From IMG/VR virus record IMGVR_UViG_3300049482_000044, positions 1 to 64,000 of that record: a stretch of DNA of 64,000 bases, one strand, 5' to 3'. Shown here one piece after another: positions 45,763-55,386 of this stretch. Made by a program: the position numbers and the translations under genes. Within the stretch, counting starts at the first letter, position 1; every line of letters starts with the position of its first letter. Source of the DNA: a virus. Lineage: Duplodnaviria > Heunggongvirae > Uroviricota > Caudoviricetes. The notes beneath the pieces were generated by a model. The model saw only the letters and a list, made by a program, of their open reading frames with translations. It had not been told where the DNA came from and searched no databases.

Positions 45763-46056
45763 ATGCTTACAATAACCAATAACTATGAACTAGCAATAGA
45801 GGACGCCACAGGGATACTTGCGTTCACCGCATCCTGGTGTGTTCCATGCAGGGCTTTGAAACCGCAACTTGTTAAGTTGTCCGCGCAGACAGATCGAAAC
45901 ATCTATGTGTTAGACGTTGACGAACTGCCACCCGCTCTGCTAGAGTTCTACCAGATCAAGTCCGTGCCCACAGTAGTCGCTTACAGCGGTGAAGATAGTT
46001 GGGTCTACATTAATGGCAGGACAATCGCCGCCATTCTATCCGAACTAGGAGAATAA
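45763..46056 (+). CDS. thioredoxin
   Basis: WCVPC active-site motif (WCxPC). Confidence 0.55.
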   Translation: MLTITNNYELAIEDATGILAFTASWCVPCRALKPQLVKLSAQTDRNIYVLDVDELPPALLEFYQIKSVPTVVAYSGEDSWVYINGRTIAAILSELGE

Positions 46057-46766
46057 TGACCGAGGAACAAGTCGAACTCAAGCGCAGGCTTGAGTCTAAC
46101 GTTTCTGCCGCGTGGAAGAAGGTCCAGGGATCTACTGGAAAGTCTGCTGCCGGTGCTGAATCAGCCTACGGTATTGCTTACCAGGCTCTGGTGCGTGCTG
46201 GCTTCGCCCCGCAGATTCGCAAGAAGTACCGCCCCGGCATCTGATGCTCGCGCAGGAGTGGAGTTATATAACGCTGCCGGTATCACCAGCAGAACTTATC
46301 ATTCTATCTCTCTGCCTAGTGTGGTTGGTAACGCTCATCTTCAACTCATTTAGGGGGAGATAATGCCTCCACGTAAAAAGCAGGATATCGGCTATAACTT
46401 CCAGCGCAGTAGGTCTGGCTGGTGTTTGAGCGGGCACGATAAAGAATGTCCTCGTGTGTTCCATGATGGAGAATGCACCTGTGAGTGTCATATAAACCTT
46501 GACACAGCAATTCCAAACTGATAGGATCATCGCATGACTGAAACACCTACGGAAGAGCCGGTATCGGTTCAAGCCTATATTAACAACTCTATCAACAGTT
46601 TCGTGGCCGCTCGTGAAAAGTATCGGGGGGCAACCAAGGAAACAGCCAAGCGCGAGTTTGAGATTGCTTCCCTTGAAGCCCTGGTTGCTATTACACAGAG
46701 CCTTTCACTGATCGTGACCGACCTGCATTCGCAGGTTCGCACCCTTGTCGAACAACACACATCGGA

Positions 46767-47153
46767 GTGACAATGAAGCGACTGATTGGCCTTATTCTCG
46801 TCGGCCTAGTGCTGGCTGGTTGTGGTACGTCTGTGCGTTCGGGCACTGTTGTAGATAAGCATTACTCTCCTGCTCGTGACTGGACTACACAGGAGCCTAC
46901 CTATGTCTATGTGCCTGTTCAGCGGACACGTATGTCATGCTACACAGTTAATAAGCAGCAGCAGTGCTCCACACAGTGGTACACGGATATGCAGTATACG
47001 CTTGTCGGCTGGCACACCGAGGCCCATCACTCTGATCAGAAGTGGACGGTTACTCTCCGTGACAAGGACGGAAATACTGGCGAAGTCCAGGTTTCGCAGC
47101 CGCAGTTCAGTGAACTAAGCCAGGGGTCGTACTACGACTCAGAGCAACACTGA
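46767..47153 (+). CDS. lipoprotein
   Basis: Signal peptide with lipobox LVLAGC. Confidence 0.45.
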   Translation: MTMKRLIGLILVGLVLAGCGTSVRSGTVVDKHYSPARDWTTQEPTYVYVPVQRTRMSCYTVNKQQQCSTQWYTDMQYTLVGWHTEAHHSDQKWTVTLRDKDGNTGEVQVSQPQFSELSQGSYYDSEQH

Positions 47154-47647
47154 TGCAGACCTTCCTTCCCTACGGTCCTGACTTCACGGCTACGGCTAAA
47201 TGTTTGGACTACCGTCGTCTCGTCAAGCAGGCAGTAGAGGGCTATCAAATTCTGAGGGCCCTGGCGGGTTTAACGCAGGGCTGGGTGAATCATCCGGCCA
47301 CCAAGATGTGGAAAGGCCATGAGGGGTGGCTGGTGACCTATCTGGACGCTATCCTAGATGAGATGGACCGACGAGGATACTCCACGGCCACCAGATTAAA
47401 GATACATACGTTAGCAGATCAGGCATTCCCAGGCTGGGAAGATGACAAGATGCCTCCGTGGTTGATCGATGATCGTCTAGCGATCACTCATCGCGGGCGG
47501 CTGTTTGAAAAGTCACCTAGCCTCTATACCAGTTTCTTCCTTGACGCCTCTACATACAAGCAGTATACTTGCTGTGAGCGGTGCAACTACTACTGGCCGA
47601 CACACACTCAGGACTACGGATGGATGGAAGATGGCCGAAAAATTTAA
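47153..47647 (+). CDS. hypothetical protein
   Basis: 164-aa ORF. Confidence 0.4.
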   Translation: MQTFLPYGPDFTATAKCLDYRRLVKQAVEGYQILRALAGLTQGWVNHPATKMWKGHEGWLVTYLDAILDEMDRRGYSTATRLKIHTLADQAFPGWEDDKMPPWLIDDRLAITHRGRLFEKSPSLYTSFFLDASTYKQYTCCERCNYYWPTHTQDYGWMEDGRKI

Positions 47648-47858
47648 CGGCTTTAGGATAACCTCTCAGGATCTTGCTGACGTTGTTTCTGGCAATAATG
47701 AACTTCATACCGCCCAGGTAGTTGAGGAATTTCGTCGCTATATGTGGGCGATCCGACGTATCCGAGACGTAGTAGAAATATGGGATGATGATGATGCTAT
47801 GGCTCCGATTCCGCTCCGTGTTATTGATGAGATTCTAGAATCGGCCAAGTATGCCTAA
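47631..47858 (+). CDS. hypothetical protein
   Basis: ATG start 75-aa ORF overlapping the previous stop. Confidence 0.35.
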   Translation: MAEKFNGFRITSQDLADVVSGNNELHTAQVVEEFRRYMWAIRRIRDVVEIWDDDDAMAPIPLRVIDEILESAKYA

Positions 47859-48116
47859 ACATTTGCACCCAATCCCGCTCAGCGTGTTGCAGTTAAATCG
47901 ACTGATAACGTGTGGAGAGCCGATGTGCGATAACTATCGGGTTCGTGAGCGCAATTGCTCGGACTGCTTAAAGCGTCCAGAGGTTCTATATAACCCCGTT
48001 AGAGAGTGCTGGGAGGATCATGCCTAAGACGTGCAAGGATTTCAGTCCAGACTATTACGAGTGCTGCATCAAATGCCATACAGACGAGCAGGATTTCGAC
48101 AGGAGCCTGATGTATA

Positions 48117-48377
48117 TTGGAAAAGACTGGTATGTCTGCTGTACCATCTATCAACAGATTAATGACACTAATGTTTAAAGTATGGGCTTTTTTTTCTTTC
48201 GCGTTGATCGCTGGTCTTAATTTCGCGGGGGCTATGAATCAGATAGTCCACCCTGCCGAATATAACAGTGCGCTTATCTTGCTGGTATCCTATGCGTTGG
48301 CAGCATTTTCAACGATTATGGCCGTCGATGTTTGGTACGATATTTTTGAGGACAGTCGTGTTCAGCAACTCGACTGA
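48117..48377 (+). CDS. small membrane protein
   Basis: Two TM helices. Confidence 0.35.
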   Translation: MEKTGMSAVPSINRLMTLMFKVWAFFSFALIAGLNFAGAMNQIVHPAEYNSALILLVSYALAAFSTIMAVDVWYDIFEDSRVQQLD

Positions 48378-48554
48378 ATGGGATATCTGGTCTAGCAACT
48401 GGTGCGAGCGCTGCACAAAAGATTTAGCCTTTTCAGAGGGCTATGGTAATGGGTGCCCCATTATTCTGAATGGAATGATCGGCAGCCCAACGCCCGAATG
48501 GGTTCGCCAAGGTCCGGGGCTAAAAGGAATTATTTGCACAGAATTTGAGGAATT

Positions 48555-48917
48555 ATGACAGCAACACTAGTTGAGACACCCGGCGCTCAGTCGTTCCGTG
48601 CTGTGCTGCACGATGACGGACTACTTGAAATCATAGACACTCGGCATGGCTGGTACGGCTGGAAGTTTGAGTCGGTTCATGGAAAAATCCTAGGCCTTGT
48701 AGACCGTGATAGCGATGCTCCCGTGATGACGATGATCTTGAAGGATCAGCGCACCGTATTTGTGGAGCCTCAGCGTTTGAGCGGGCGAAGCAAGTGGCTG
48801 TTCGATACTGATACTATGTCAGGCGTAGTTACTCTTGACACAGGCCTGACCACAGAGGTATCCTACTTCGTAGGCAGAGGGCTTCCTGGCCTAGAGATTC
48901 TATACAACGGAGACTGA
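48555..48917 (+). CDS. hypothetical protein
   Basis: 120-aa ORF. Confidence 0.4.
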   Translation: MTATLVETPGAQSFRAVLHDDGLLEIIDTRHGWYGWKFESVHGKILGLVDRDSDAPVMTMILKDQRTVFVEPQRLSGRSKWLFDTDTMSGVVTLDTGLTTEVSYFVGRGLPGLEILYNGD

Positions 48918-48918
48918 T

Positions 48919-49236
48919 ATGACCAGGACATACGACATCGAGAGAGTTGCCATTCCCGCAAACGACGCGCGTCGTTTCAGCGAGTTGTTGCGTGCGGGGA
49001 ATTTGTCGCTAAGTGGTGTCATGGCACTGGCCGACCTGCTCGATCCACCTTCTGCCCCAACGCTGCGAGAAACATGTATAGACGCACTCCACGACATGCC
49101 TAGCATTGAGGAGTCGGTCGACATCATCCTTAATATGAGCGCTGACGCGGTTGGGGCGCTGCCCGGCACCGTCGACTCCGGTCCAGCCTGGGTGCGACGT
49201 AAGGCCGTCATCGACCTACTGCGGGGGACGACATGA
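48919..49236 (+). CDS. hypothetical protein
   Basis: 105-aa ORF. Confidence 0.4.
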   Translation: MTRTYDIERVAIPANDARRFSELLRAGNLSLSGVMALADLLDPPSAPTLRETCIDALHDMPSIEESVDIILNMSADAVGALPGTVDSGPAWVRRKAVIDLLRGTT

Positions 49237-49583
49237 CCGACGACTACGCCGCGCTCCTGGCGCTCGCGGAGGCAGCGACACCGGGACCGTGGGAGGAAAC
49301 GGGAACCTATGGCCGAATCGTAAGTGGGTCGATTCAGGTAGGCCGAGTGTATGGCGACGACGGACGAAGCACGCCCGACGCCGCCTACATCGCCGCCGCC
49401 TCACCGGATGTTGTGGCCCGCCTCATCGCGGACCTGCGCCGGGAGTCCGAAGCGGGCGACGAAGCCACGCAGCGAGCCTGCGACCAGACGTCCCGCGCCG
49501 TCGCCGCTGAGGCTGAGGTCGCGCGGCTGCTCCCGTTCTACGAGGAAACCCTCAACCGCGCAATCGACGGGGAGGAGTCGTGA
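49233..49583 (+). CDS. hypothetical protein
   Basis: 116-aa ORF; overlapping R-rich ORFs in other frames are likely GC artefacts. Confidence 0.4.
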   Translation: MTDDYAALLALAEAATPGPWEETGTYGRIVSGSIQVGRVYGDDGRSTPDAAYIAAASPDVVARLIADLRRESEAGDEATQRACDQTSRAVAAEAEVARLLPFYEETLNRAIDGEES

Positions 49584-50109
49584 GCGGCTGGGACCGGAAA
49601 GACCCGGACGAATGGGGCAACCCGGGGCGAGCATGCGTAAATGGTATTATCATTAGTGGACTGTTCTGGTTTATTCTATGGTTCGGCTACCTGTGGGTAA
49701 CTCGATGACCTGTCGACCAAGATCATATACATTGACTAAGACATATAAAGCCCATAAGTGGTCTGAATGGATCATGGGTTCATTCTCAGGCGTAAACTGG
49801 CATCAGTGCGAGCGGTGCGGGGCTATTGAGTGGGATGAGTAAGTACCGCATATATAAAGGTAAGAAAACTGGAACCTGGCGCATTTCTCAGAATGGTGTC
49901 ACGATGCTATGGGGCTGGTCTAGTTATGACCTCGCCCGCCGCTATCTTATAGGAGTAATAGATGCTGAACTTCGATCAACTGAGTGAAGAATTCAAGTCT
50001 TGGTGCCGACAAATCTGGCTAGATGGCTATAGGGATGGGCATGATGATGGATTGAGAGAAGCGTTAGCAGAAAATCTACCCGTAGTTATCACAGACTTGG
50101 AGCAAACTG

Positions 50110-50454
50110 ATGAGCACACCGCCGCCGCCGATGATTAAGACCAGCCCATTCATGACCTACAGAAATGGTGCTCCCGAATGGCAGTCTCGTTATCGTGTTT
50201 TTCTAAAGAAAACTCCAGATGGCTGGATCGCCAATATCTTGGTCCGCGACCAAGGTCTAGATTCTGGATACAAAGAGTTCCGATACGGCGAGATTACCGC
50301 CTACTCCGGGCAGGTTCGTTATGGATTAACGATGGGAAGTCCGTACGCCAAGTTCTCGACTCGCTGGGGCGCGGCTCGAAGTGCTAGCAGACACTGCAAG
50401 CGAATGTATAAAGACACCAAGATCAAGGAAGTATATGATTGGGAGCCAGCATAA
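50110..50454 (+). CDS. hypothetical protein
   Basis: 114-aa ORF. Confidence 0.4.
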   Translation: MSTPPPPMIKTSPFMTYRNGAPEWQSRYRVFLKKTPDGWIANILVRDQGLDSGYKEFRYGEITAYSGQVRYGLTMGSPYAKFSTRWGAARSASRHCKRMYKDTKIKEVYDWEPA

Positions 50455-50659
50455 TGGGATCTGACCTGTATATGGAGTCGATGAATTTCCGCCCGCGCCA
50501 GACGCTAGCGTTTGTTAATTCACGGGGCCGGATAGAAATCTACCGAGATTATTTTTACCACGGCTACAAGAAAGAAAAGCCCACTATGGAAGATAATCCC
50601 AGCAACAGGAAGATCATCAAGTCGTTGATATATGCTAGGTTTGTGGATGAGAGGCCAGC

Positions 50660-51013
50660 ATGACTGAGCAGCAAATTTCTGCCACCGTTTTGCCCGGTCC
50701 GTTCATCATCGACTATTCTGAGCGAGACGGTGTGGTTATCACAGACACTCGCGGCGGTAGCAAGGGCTGGTTCCTTGCGGGCGACGTTCTGGGTTTATAC
50801 AGCGTGGTCTCTGGCTCTGCTCCTGGTGTGAGCATGTCGTTGGGCCATGCTGCGATGAAGAATAGTGAAGTAGGTGAGGCGGGGTCCACTGGTGGAGTCT
50901 GGTATATCCGCTGTAATGGAATTATTACAGTCACAGTGAGCGAGGAAAATTTTGTCGTAGAACCTGGCGAGACTGTGATCATCAACGGTGACGAGGTAAG
51001 GCGTCATGGTTAA
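50660..51013 (+). CDS. hypothetical protein
   Basis: 117-aa ORF. Confidence 0.4.
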   Translation: MTEQQISATVLPGPFIIDYSERDGVVITDTRGGSKGWFLAGDVLGLYSVVSGSAPGVSMSLGHAAMKNSEVGEAGSTGGVWYIRCNGIITVTVSEENFVVEPGETVIINGDEVRRHG

Positions 51014-51220
51014 AACAAAAGAGACAGTAGAGATTTGGGGTTTGTTGAGGCCCGATGGAGTGATATTGCGCCGTGGTTATTCAGACCTCCCCCTCTTTTC
51101 AGAATCAGCCGTGAGAAGTGATTTCTCTAAAACAGTATTTGAGCAGGGGTGCATCCCGGTCCTAATAAAGAAGATCACTACCACTACCCATACCTACTGA
51201 AAGCATAGTATAATTGCAGT

Positions 51221-51841
51221 ATGTCCATGCTTCTAGGAATCAGGCACAATAACAAAGTCTACATGGCTGCTGATTCCGTCGCGGCGGCTGAGGAAATAAC
51301 TGTCACGCGCAAGGACAGTAAACTGTTCTGGAATGGTGAGTATCTTATAGGATACGTAGGTAGTTTCAGATACGGACAGATCGTGAAATTTTGCCATCTG
51401 CCTGAGTTCCCCAAAAATCTGCTGCCAGAAATTCTGCCTGGAAAATCTGCCTCCGAAAATCTGCGCCAAGAATCTGCCGATGAAAATCTGCTGCATAGCG
51501 TAGAAAAATTCTTCGTCAAAGAGTTCGTTCCAGTCATTCAGGAGGAATTAGAAGCGGCGGGGGTGGAGCAGTCAGACCTCGATAGTAGCAGTCTGATGAT
51601 AGGTGTAGGTCCATGGTTGTATATCATAGAGCCAGGGTTCCAGGCTAGTAGTTATGTCCATGACTATGCTGCACTAGGAGTCGCGGAGCAGGCTGGCCTG
51701 GTCGCGCTTGACGTATTAGCAGAGCAATCAAAAACGGCGGGGGCTGTTGATGATCCCCAATGTAGACTATTATCAGTATTAACTAGTATAGAGAAACATA
51801 GTATCTATGTGAAACCACCATGGCTGCTGTTGAATACGTAA
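51221..51841 (+). CDS. hypothetical protein, possible Ntn-hydrolase/HslV-like fold
   Basis: N-terminal LLGIRHNNKVYMAADSVAAAEEITVTRKDSKLF...GYVGSFRYGQ loosely resembles proteasome-beta/HslV strands; last + strand gene before the strand switch. Confidence 0.3.
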   Translation: MSMLLGIRHNNKVYMAADSVAAAEEITVTRKDSKLFWNGEYLIGYVGSFRYGQIVKFCHLPEFPKNLLPEILPGKSASENLRQESADENLLHSVEKFFVKEFVPVIQEELEAAGVEQSDLDSSSLMIGVGPWLYIIEPGFQASSYVHDYAALGVAEQAGLVALDVLAEQSKTAGAVDDPQCRLLSVLTSIEKHSIYVKPPWLLLNT

Positions 51842-51974
51842 CTATGCGTTTGCGTGCGTTTGCCTGTGTTTGTAGTCATTTATGACCACATGGTCCCGTT
51901 ATTAATGATCAAGTTACAGTAGTCATAAAGTATATGTGTAATTGGGCGAATAAATAAGGGCTTCGTAATGTCAA

Positions 51975-52000
51975 AAAAGCCTCAAAAACGGGGAAAACAG
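51975..52000 (-). terminator. rho-independent terminator for leftward transcription
   Basis: Minus strand reads CGGGGAAATAGGGCTGTTTTCCCCG followed by TTTTTGAGGCTTTTTT. Confidence 0.5.
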
Positions 52001-52198
52001 CCCTATTTCCCCGCATTTGCGGTCTAAAACATGCCTAAACCATACAAAAACGCTGAAAACGTCTAAATAAGACCTTTATACTCTATTCTGTTAACAAACA
52101 TCGACGCACGCGAAGCGGGCGGTGATTGACATACATACACTATCTATAGGCTTCTTTGTCTATACTATACTAGTATATAGGGACTCCAAAGACTCCAC

Positions 52199-52225
52199 CC
52201 GCCCCGTTTTATACGGGGTTTTTGG
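52199..52225 (+). terminator. rho-independent terminator for rightward transcription
   Basis: CCCCGTTTTATACGGGG hairpin followed by TTTTTGG. Confidence 0.5.
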
Positions 52226-52446
52226 CATATTCAGGCCTAAAATACAGGCTATATATGAAGGTCTCCCTCCACTGAGACAACTTTTCTTCCAGAATACTAT
52301 GGCATGTCTCTCCACTTAGCCCCTAAAAACAGGCATATTTAGGGGAATGAGGCCATTTTCTGCGATATTTGAGGCTCTTCGTAATCTAAAATCGTCCGCG
52401 ACTCTAAATGATCTTCGTAATATAGCCCAAAATCCCGCAAACTATA

Positions 52447-52512
52447 TCATTCTTCGTAAATAGGACATTTCGGCGGGCCATGCCCCGCGAGGCGAGGCAT
52501 GTCAACCCCTGA
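52447..52512 (-). repeat. regulatory repeat unit R1 (degenerate; no gene downstream)
   Basis: CTTCGTAAA box then CATGCC...GGCATG hairpins and GTCAACCCC; lies 3-prime of the last leftward gene. Confidence 0.4.
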
Positions 52513-52638
52513 GGTAGAAATCCGGTGGCGGGGAGATGTCCAACTCTCACCGTCTTGGTTATTCGACTTGGGTGCCTACCCCTGATTAGCCGAGCCACCG
52601 GACCCTCTTACAGTATACTAGACCACAAGCAGTCTAGT

Positions 52639-52782
52639 CTACTTCCGGCCCCGCACCACCGGGGCTACAGAAGCAGTCTGGTTGGTTGCGCCGAGGATGC
52701 GACCGGACTCGGTACGCACGACGGCCTTAACGACCTCGCCCTTGCGGGTGTTCCAGGTCTCAGTGCGGACGATAACGTTCAT
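52639..52782 (-). CDS. small protein (47 aa), not in the ORF track
   Basis: Strong SD GAAGGAGAAACAAC-ATG; ATGA overlap with the stop of 52779..52973. Confidence 0.45.
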   Translation of the reverse strand: MNVIVRTETWNTRKGEVVKAVVRTESGRILGATNQTASVAPVVRGRK

Positions 52783-52973
52783 GTTGTTTCTCCTTCATTC
52801 CAGGTGGCTTGGACTTGCTCGATGGTGTCTAGCATTTCCGCGATTTCCTCAGGCGAGGCAACCCCGGCTTCGATCTTGTCTAGCGTGGTGAGAACGCTGT
52901 CCGGATAAACACCGGGTGTCGCGCTCCGAAGTATTTCTGCCGCGTAAGCGAACACTTCCCTGTTCAGGTCCAT
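52779..52973 (-). CDS. hypothetical protein
   Basis: 64-aa acidic ORF. Confidence 0.4.
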   Translation of the reverse strand: MDLNREVFAYAAEILRSATPGVYPDSVLTTLDKIEAGVASPEEIAEMLDTIEQVQATWNEGETT

Positions 52974-52982
52974 GTGATAACC

Positions 52983-53255
52983 TTACCAGCCATCGGCGGG
53001 TGTGTCAAGACCTACTACGTATTCTCTTAGGCCTGCTAGATACTTAACCGCCTCGTGATCCTCCGGACTAAACTGGGCGTAGGATCGGTCGATGCGATTA
53101 ATCTTGCCGATAGCAGACACTAGTTCTGCCATTCGAATCTTGATCAGGGGAGGATACGCGCTCGTACCCGCCGCGAATGTAGCCACGTTAAAGTCTACGC
53201 GAGCGAGACTGTCACGCACCTGGACAAGCAACTTTCCTTCGAGGGACTGAGCCAT
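52983..53255 (-). CDS. hypothetical protein
   Basis: 90-aa ORF. Confidence 0.4.
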   Translation of the reverse strand: MAQSLEGKLLVQVRDSLARVDFNVATFAAGTSAYPPLIKIRMAELVSAIGKINRIDRSYAQFSPEDHEAVKYLAGLREYVVGLDTPADGW

Positions 53256-53267
53256 GGGGACATCCTA

Positions 53268-53675
53268 TCAGAGCGCATCGAATCGGTCAAGGGTCTTAAC
53301 CACGATGCTCGGAGGCTTCGGTCCACTCTTGCAAGAGCAGAGAGAAACGTGATAGGTGCAGCGCTGGCACAAGGCGAACCCGATTACATGTCCGCTTGAA
53401 TCCTCGCCGTACATACACTTGACCTGCCTCACGCGCTTTTGCGGCGAGATCTGGTAGGCCCGCTCAACTGCTTGAACGGGCCGGGGCAACTGGGAGGGAG
53501 CATCAGCCCCCTCCGTCGCCACCTCCTTGACCTTAGCGATCTTGTAGGCAGGCTCATCAAAGGTTAGACCGTTGGCCTCTGCCGTAGCAAGAGCCTCGTG
53601 TCCTTCCTTCGAGAACTTGCCTCGTCCAGGCTTGGCAAGACCAAGCCCTACGAGATAGTCACGCTTTGTAGCCAT
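53268..53675 (-). CDS. DNA-binding protein with C-terminal Cys cluster
   Basis: N-terminal KPGRGKFSKEGHEAL motif similar to the Lsr2 RGR clip; C-terminal CQRCTYHVSLCSC. Confidence 0.35.
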   Translation of the reverse strand: MATKRDYLVGLGLAKPGRGKFSKEGHEALATAEANGLTFDEPAYKIAKVKEVATEGADAPSQLPRPVQAVERAYQISPQKRVRQVKCMYGEDSSGHVIGFALCQRCTYHVSLCSCKSGPKPPSIVVKTLDRFDAL

Positions 53676-53684
53676 GTGTTCCTC

Positions 53685-53879
53685 CTACGCCTTGGAGACG
53701 AGGACCGCGATGGTCTCGCTCGGAATGCGACCACGAGCAGGAACGGCCACGCCAACCTCGCGCGCGAACGCACGAGCCTCGGCAGGGTTGGAGCGAAGGT
53801 AGGACTCGATTGCCGAATTCGGCGTACGACCCCGACCAGTGAGGCCCGCGAGGGCGCGAGCAGCCTGACGATTGAGCAT
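53685..53879 (-). CDS. Lsr2-like DNA-binding domain protein
   Basis: ARAFAREVGVAVPARGRIPSETIAVL closely parallels the Lsr2 C-terminal AT-binding domain (...ARGRIPAEV...). Confidence 0.5.
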   Translation of the reverse strand: MLNRQAARALAGLTGRGRTPNSAIESYLRSNPAEARAFAREVGVAVPARGRIPSETIAVLVSKA

Positions 53880-54103
53880 GGTTCCTCCTATGGAAGCCTT
53901 GGTTTCTTAGTTCTATCTTAGCCTATTGGCTGGTCCCTGTCTAGGGTTTTAGAGAAGATCCTTGATCTTTTCTGCGAGGACAAGGACGTCGGTGGAGAGG
54001 CGGTCGAGAATGTCTCGAACATCATCCTCATCATAGACGCCACCGTTATCCTTATAGTCGTTAGCATCCTCGACTAGGTTGTTGATCAAGTACGCCAGTT
54101 CGC

Positions 54104-54356
54104 TCACTTGCTCATCGCCTCCAACATCTGCTTAGACGGCTCGTAGGCCGGGTTGATCGACTGGATATGAGCCACGACGTCACGCAGAGCGGCGGGCTTC
54201 CTCGAAGCCTTGGTAAGCCCATCGGCCTTAGCAACCTTCAGGGCAGAGATACGGGTCATCTTCATGCCCGTGACGGCCTCAAAGGCGAGGCTGTGCGCGA
54301 TGGTGAGCAGACGGGCCATGTTAATGCCCTCGGGGGTGTCGATAATCGTTGTCATA
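54104..54356 (-). CDS. hypothetical protein
   Basis: Start ATG in the conserved context GGTTTACCTATG, six nt after a TATGGT -10; the track ORF extends upstream through the repeat unit. Confidence 0.4.
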
Positions 54357-54480
54357 GGTAAACCATAGCCTACCGATCCATGTTGGTCAAGGGATTTTCC
54401 GGCAAATTTAAGTACCTTCGTAAGTAGACATACCCCGTACGACGGGGTATGGCCCGCTGGGGGCCAGGTGTCAACCACCC
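54357..54480 (-). repeat. regulatory repeat unit R12
   Basis: TGTCAA box, GGCCC-CCAGC-GGGCC and ATACCCCG-TCGTA-CGGGGTAT hairpins, TTACGAAG box, GCCGGAAAA box, then TTGACC-N17-TATGGT-N6-ATG. Confidence 0.5.
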
Positions 54481-54515
54481 AGCCCCCAGCATTTCTACAC
54501 CCCACCCAGGGGAGT

Positions 54516-55385
54516 TTAGTCGTCGTCCTCGTCGTCGTAGGTCCAGTAGTCGTCCTCAGTGTCATCGCCATAATCCAGCGACTCAGCCTCGTCCGACTCA
54601 CCATCCCACACGACCGAAGCCGTCCACGCGCGCTCAGTCGTGGCGATCACGACGTACTTACAGGCGCGGATCTTGTGACCATCGTTCGGTACCGACACAA
54701 CATCGGCGGGGTCGATGCGAACGGTGAGCAGCACGCCCTGCGCGAAGGATGATGCGTAGGAGTGAGTACCCGCGTGAAGCCCGAACGAACAGTGGCTATT
54801 GGGGTTGTCGTCCACCTTGTGACGGGGAACCTCGACCACATCGCCCACGTTGTTACGCAGGGCACCGCTCTCGGTGACAACGCCGTTCACGACGCCGTAA
54901 CCGTGGTTGATCGACTCATAATCGCCCGAGTCGTTCGGACGAACGCCCTTGTAAGCGACGAGGAAGCCGTCGTTGTCGATGATCAGGCCGTGTTTCTCGA
55001 TCCACGAGAACAGGCTATTGCGCGAGCGATAGCCGGGGTTGTTGTTGAGGCGAGCGGCGAAGTTGGCGAACGCGGTTACGTCACCCTTCTGCGCCAGCAC
55101 GCCGAGGATCGTGCGGTTGAGTCCGTCAGAGACAGCCTCTCCGTCGTACTTCACGACACCATCGGCGTAGGTGAAGCCAGCGCCGACCGTAGCCAGAGCA
55201 TCGGCAATCGCGCCGTCGATGTTGAGTGCCTTACGCGCAGCATCGGTGTTACCCGAGCGGCAGGCGCGGAGAGCAGCGGCGAAGTTGACGTGACTGTCAT
55301 CGACAGTCACGGGGTTACCGTCAAGCACGACGGTGAGCGAACGACTGTCGTTGTCGTTCTGGTAGGTGTAGCGCAGTCCAGCCAT
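54516..55385 (-). CDS. rIIB-like protein (tentative)
   Basis: 289 aa, acidic C-terminal tail; immediately downstream of and coupled to the HATPase-domain protein (GGAGCCTGAAATG). Confidence 0.3.
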   Translation of the reverse strand: MAGLRYTYQNDNDSRSLTVVLDGNPVTVDDSHVNFAAALRACRSGNTDAARKALNIDGAIADALATVGAGFTYADGVVKYDGEAVSDGLNRTILGVLAQKGDVTAFANFAARLNNNPGYRSRNSLFSWIEKHGLIIDNDGFLVAYKGVRPNDSGDYESINHGYGVVNGVVTESGALRNNVGDVVEVPRHKVDDNPNSHCSFGLHAGTHSYASSFAQGVLLTVRIDPADVVSVPNDGHKIRACKYVVIATTERAWTASVVWDGESDEAESLDYGDDTEDDYWTYDDEDDD

Positions 55386-55386
55386 T

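Noticed and set aside
49151-49656. Arg/Pro-rich ORFs 49151..49510, 49216..49404(-), 49351..49656, 49401..49634(-)
   Set aside because: Overlap the better-supported frame 49233..49583 in a locally GC-rich stretch; the composition is RRRRP-type and characteristic of off-frame artefacts.
52122-52319. Plus-strand 65-aa ORF in the convergence region
   Set aside because: Spans the rightward terminator hairpin at 52199-52225 and low-complexity AT-rich sequence; no RBS.
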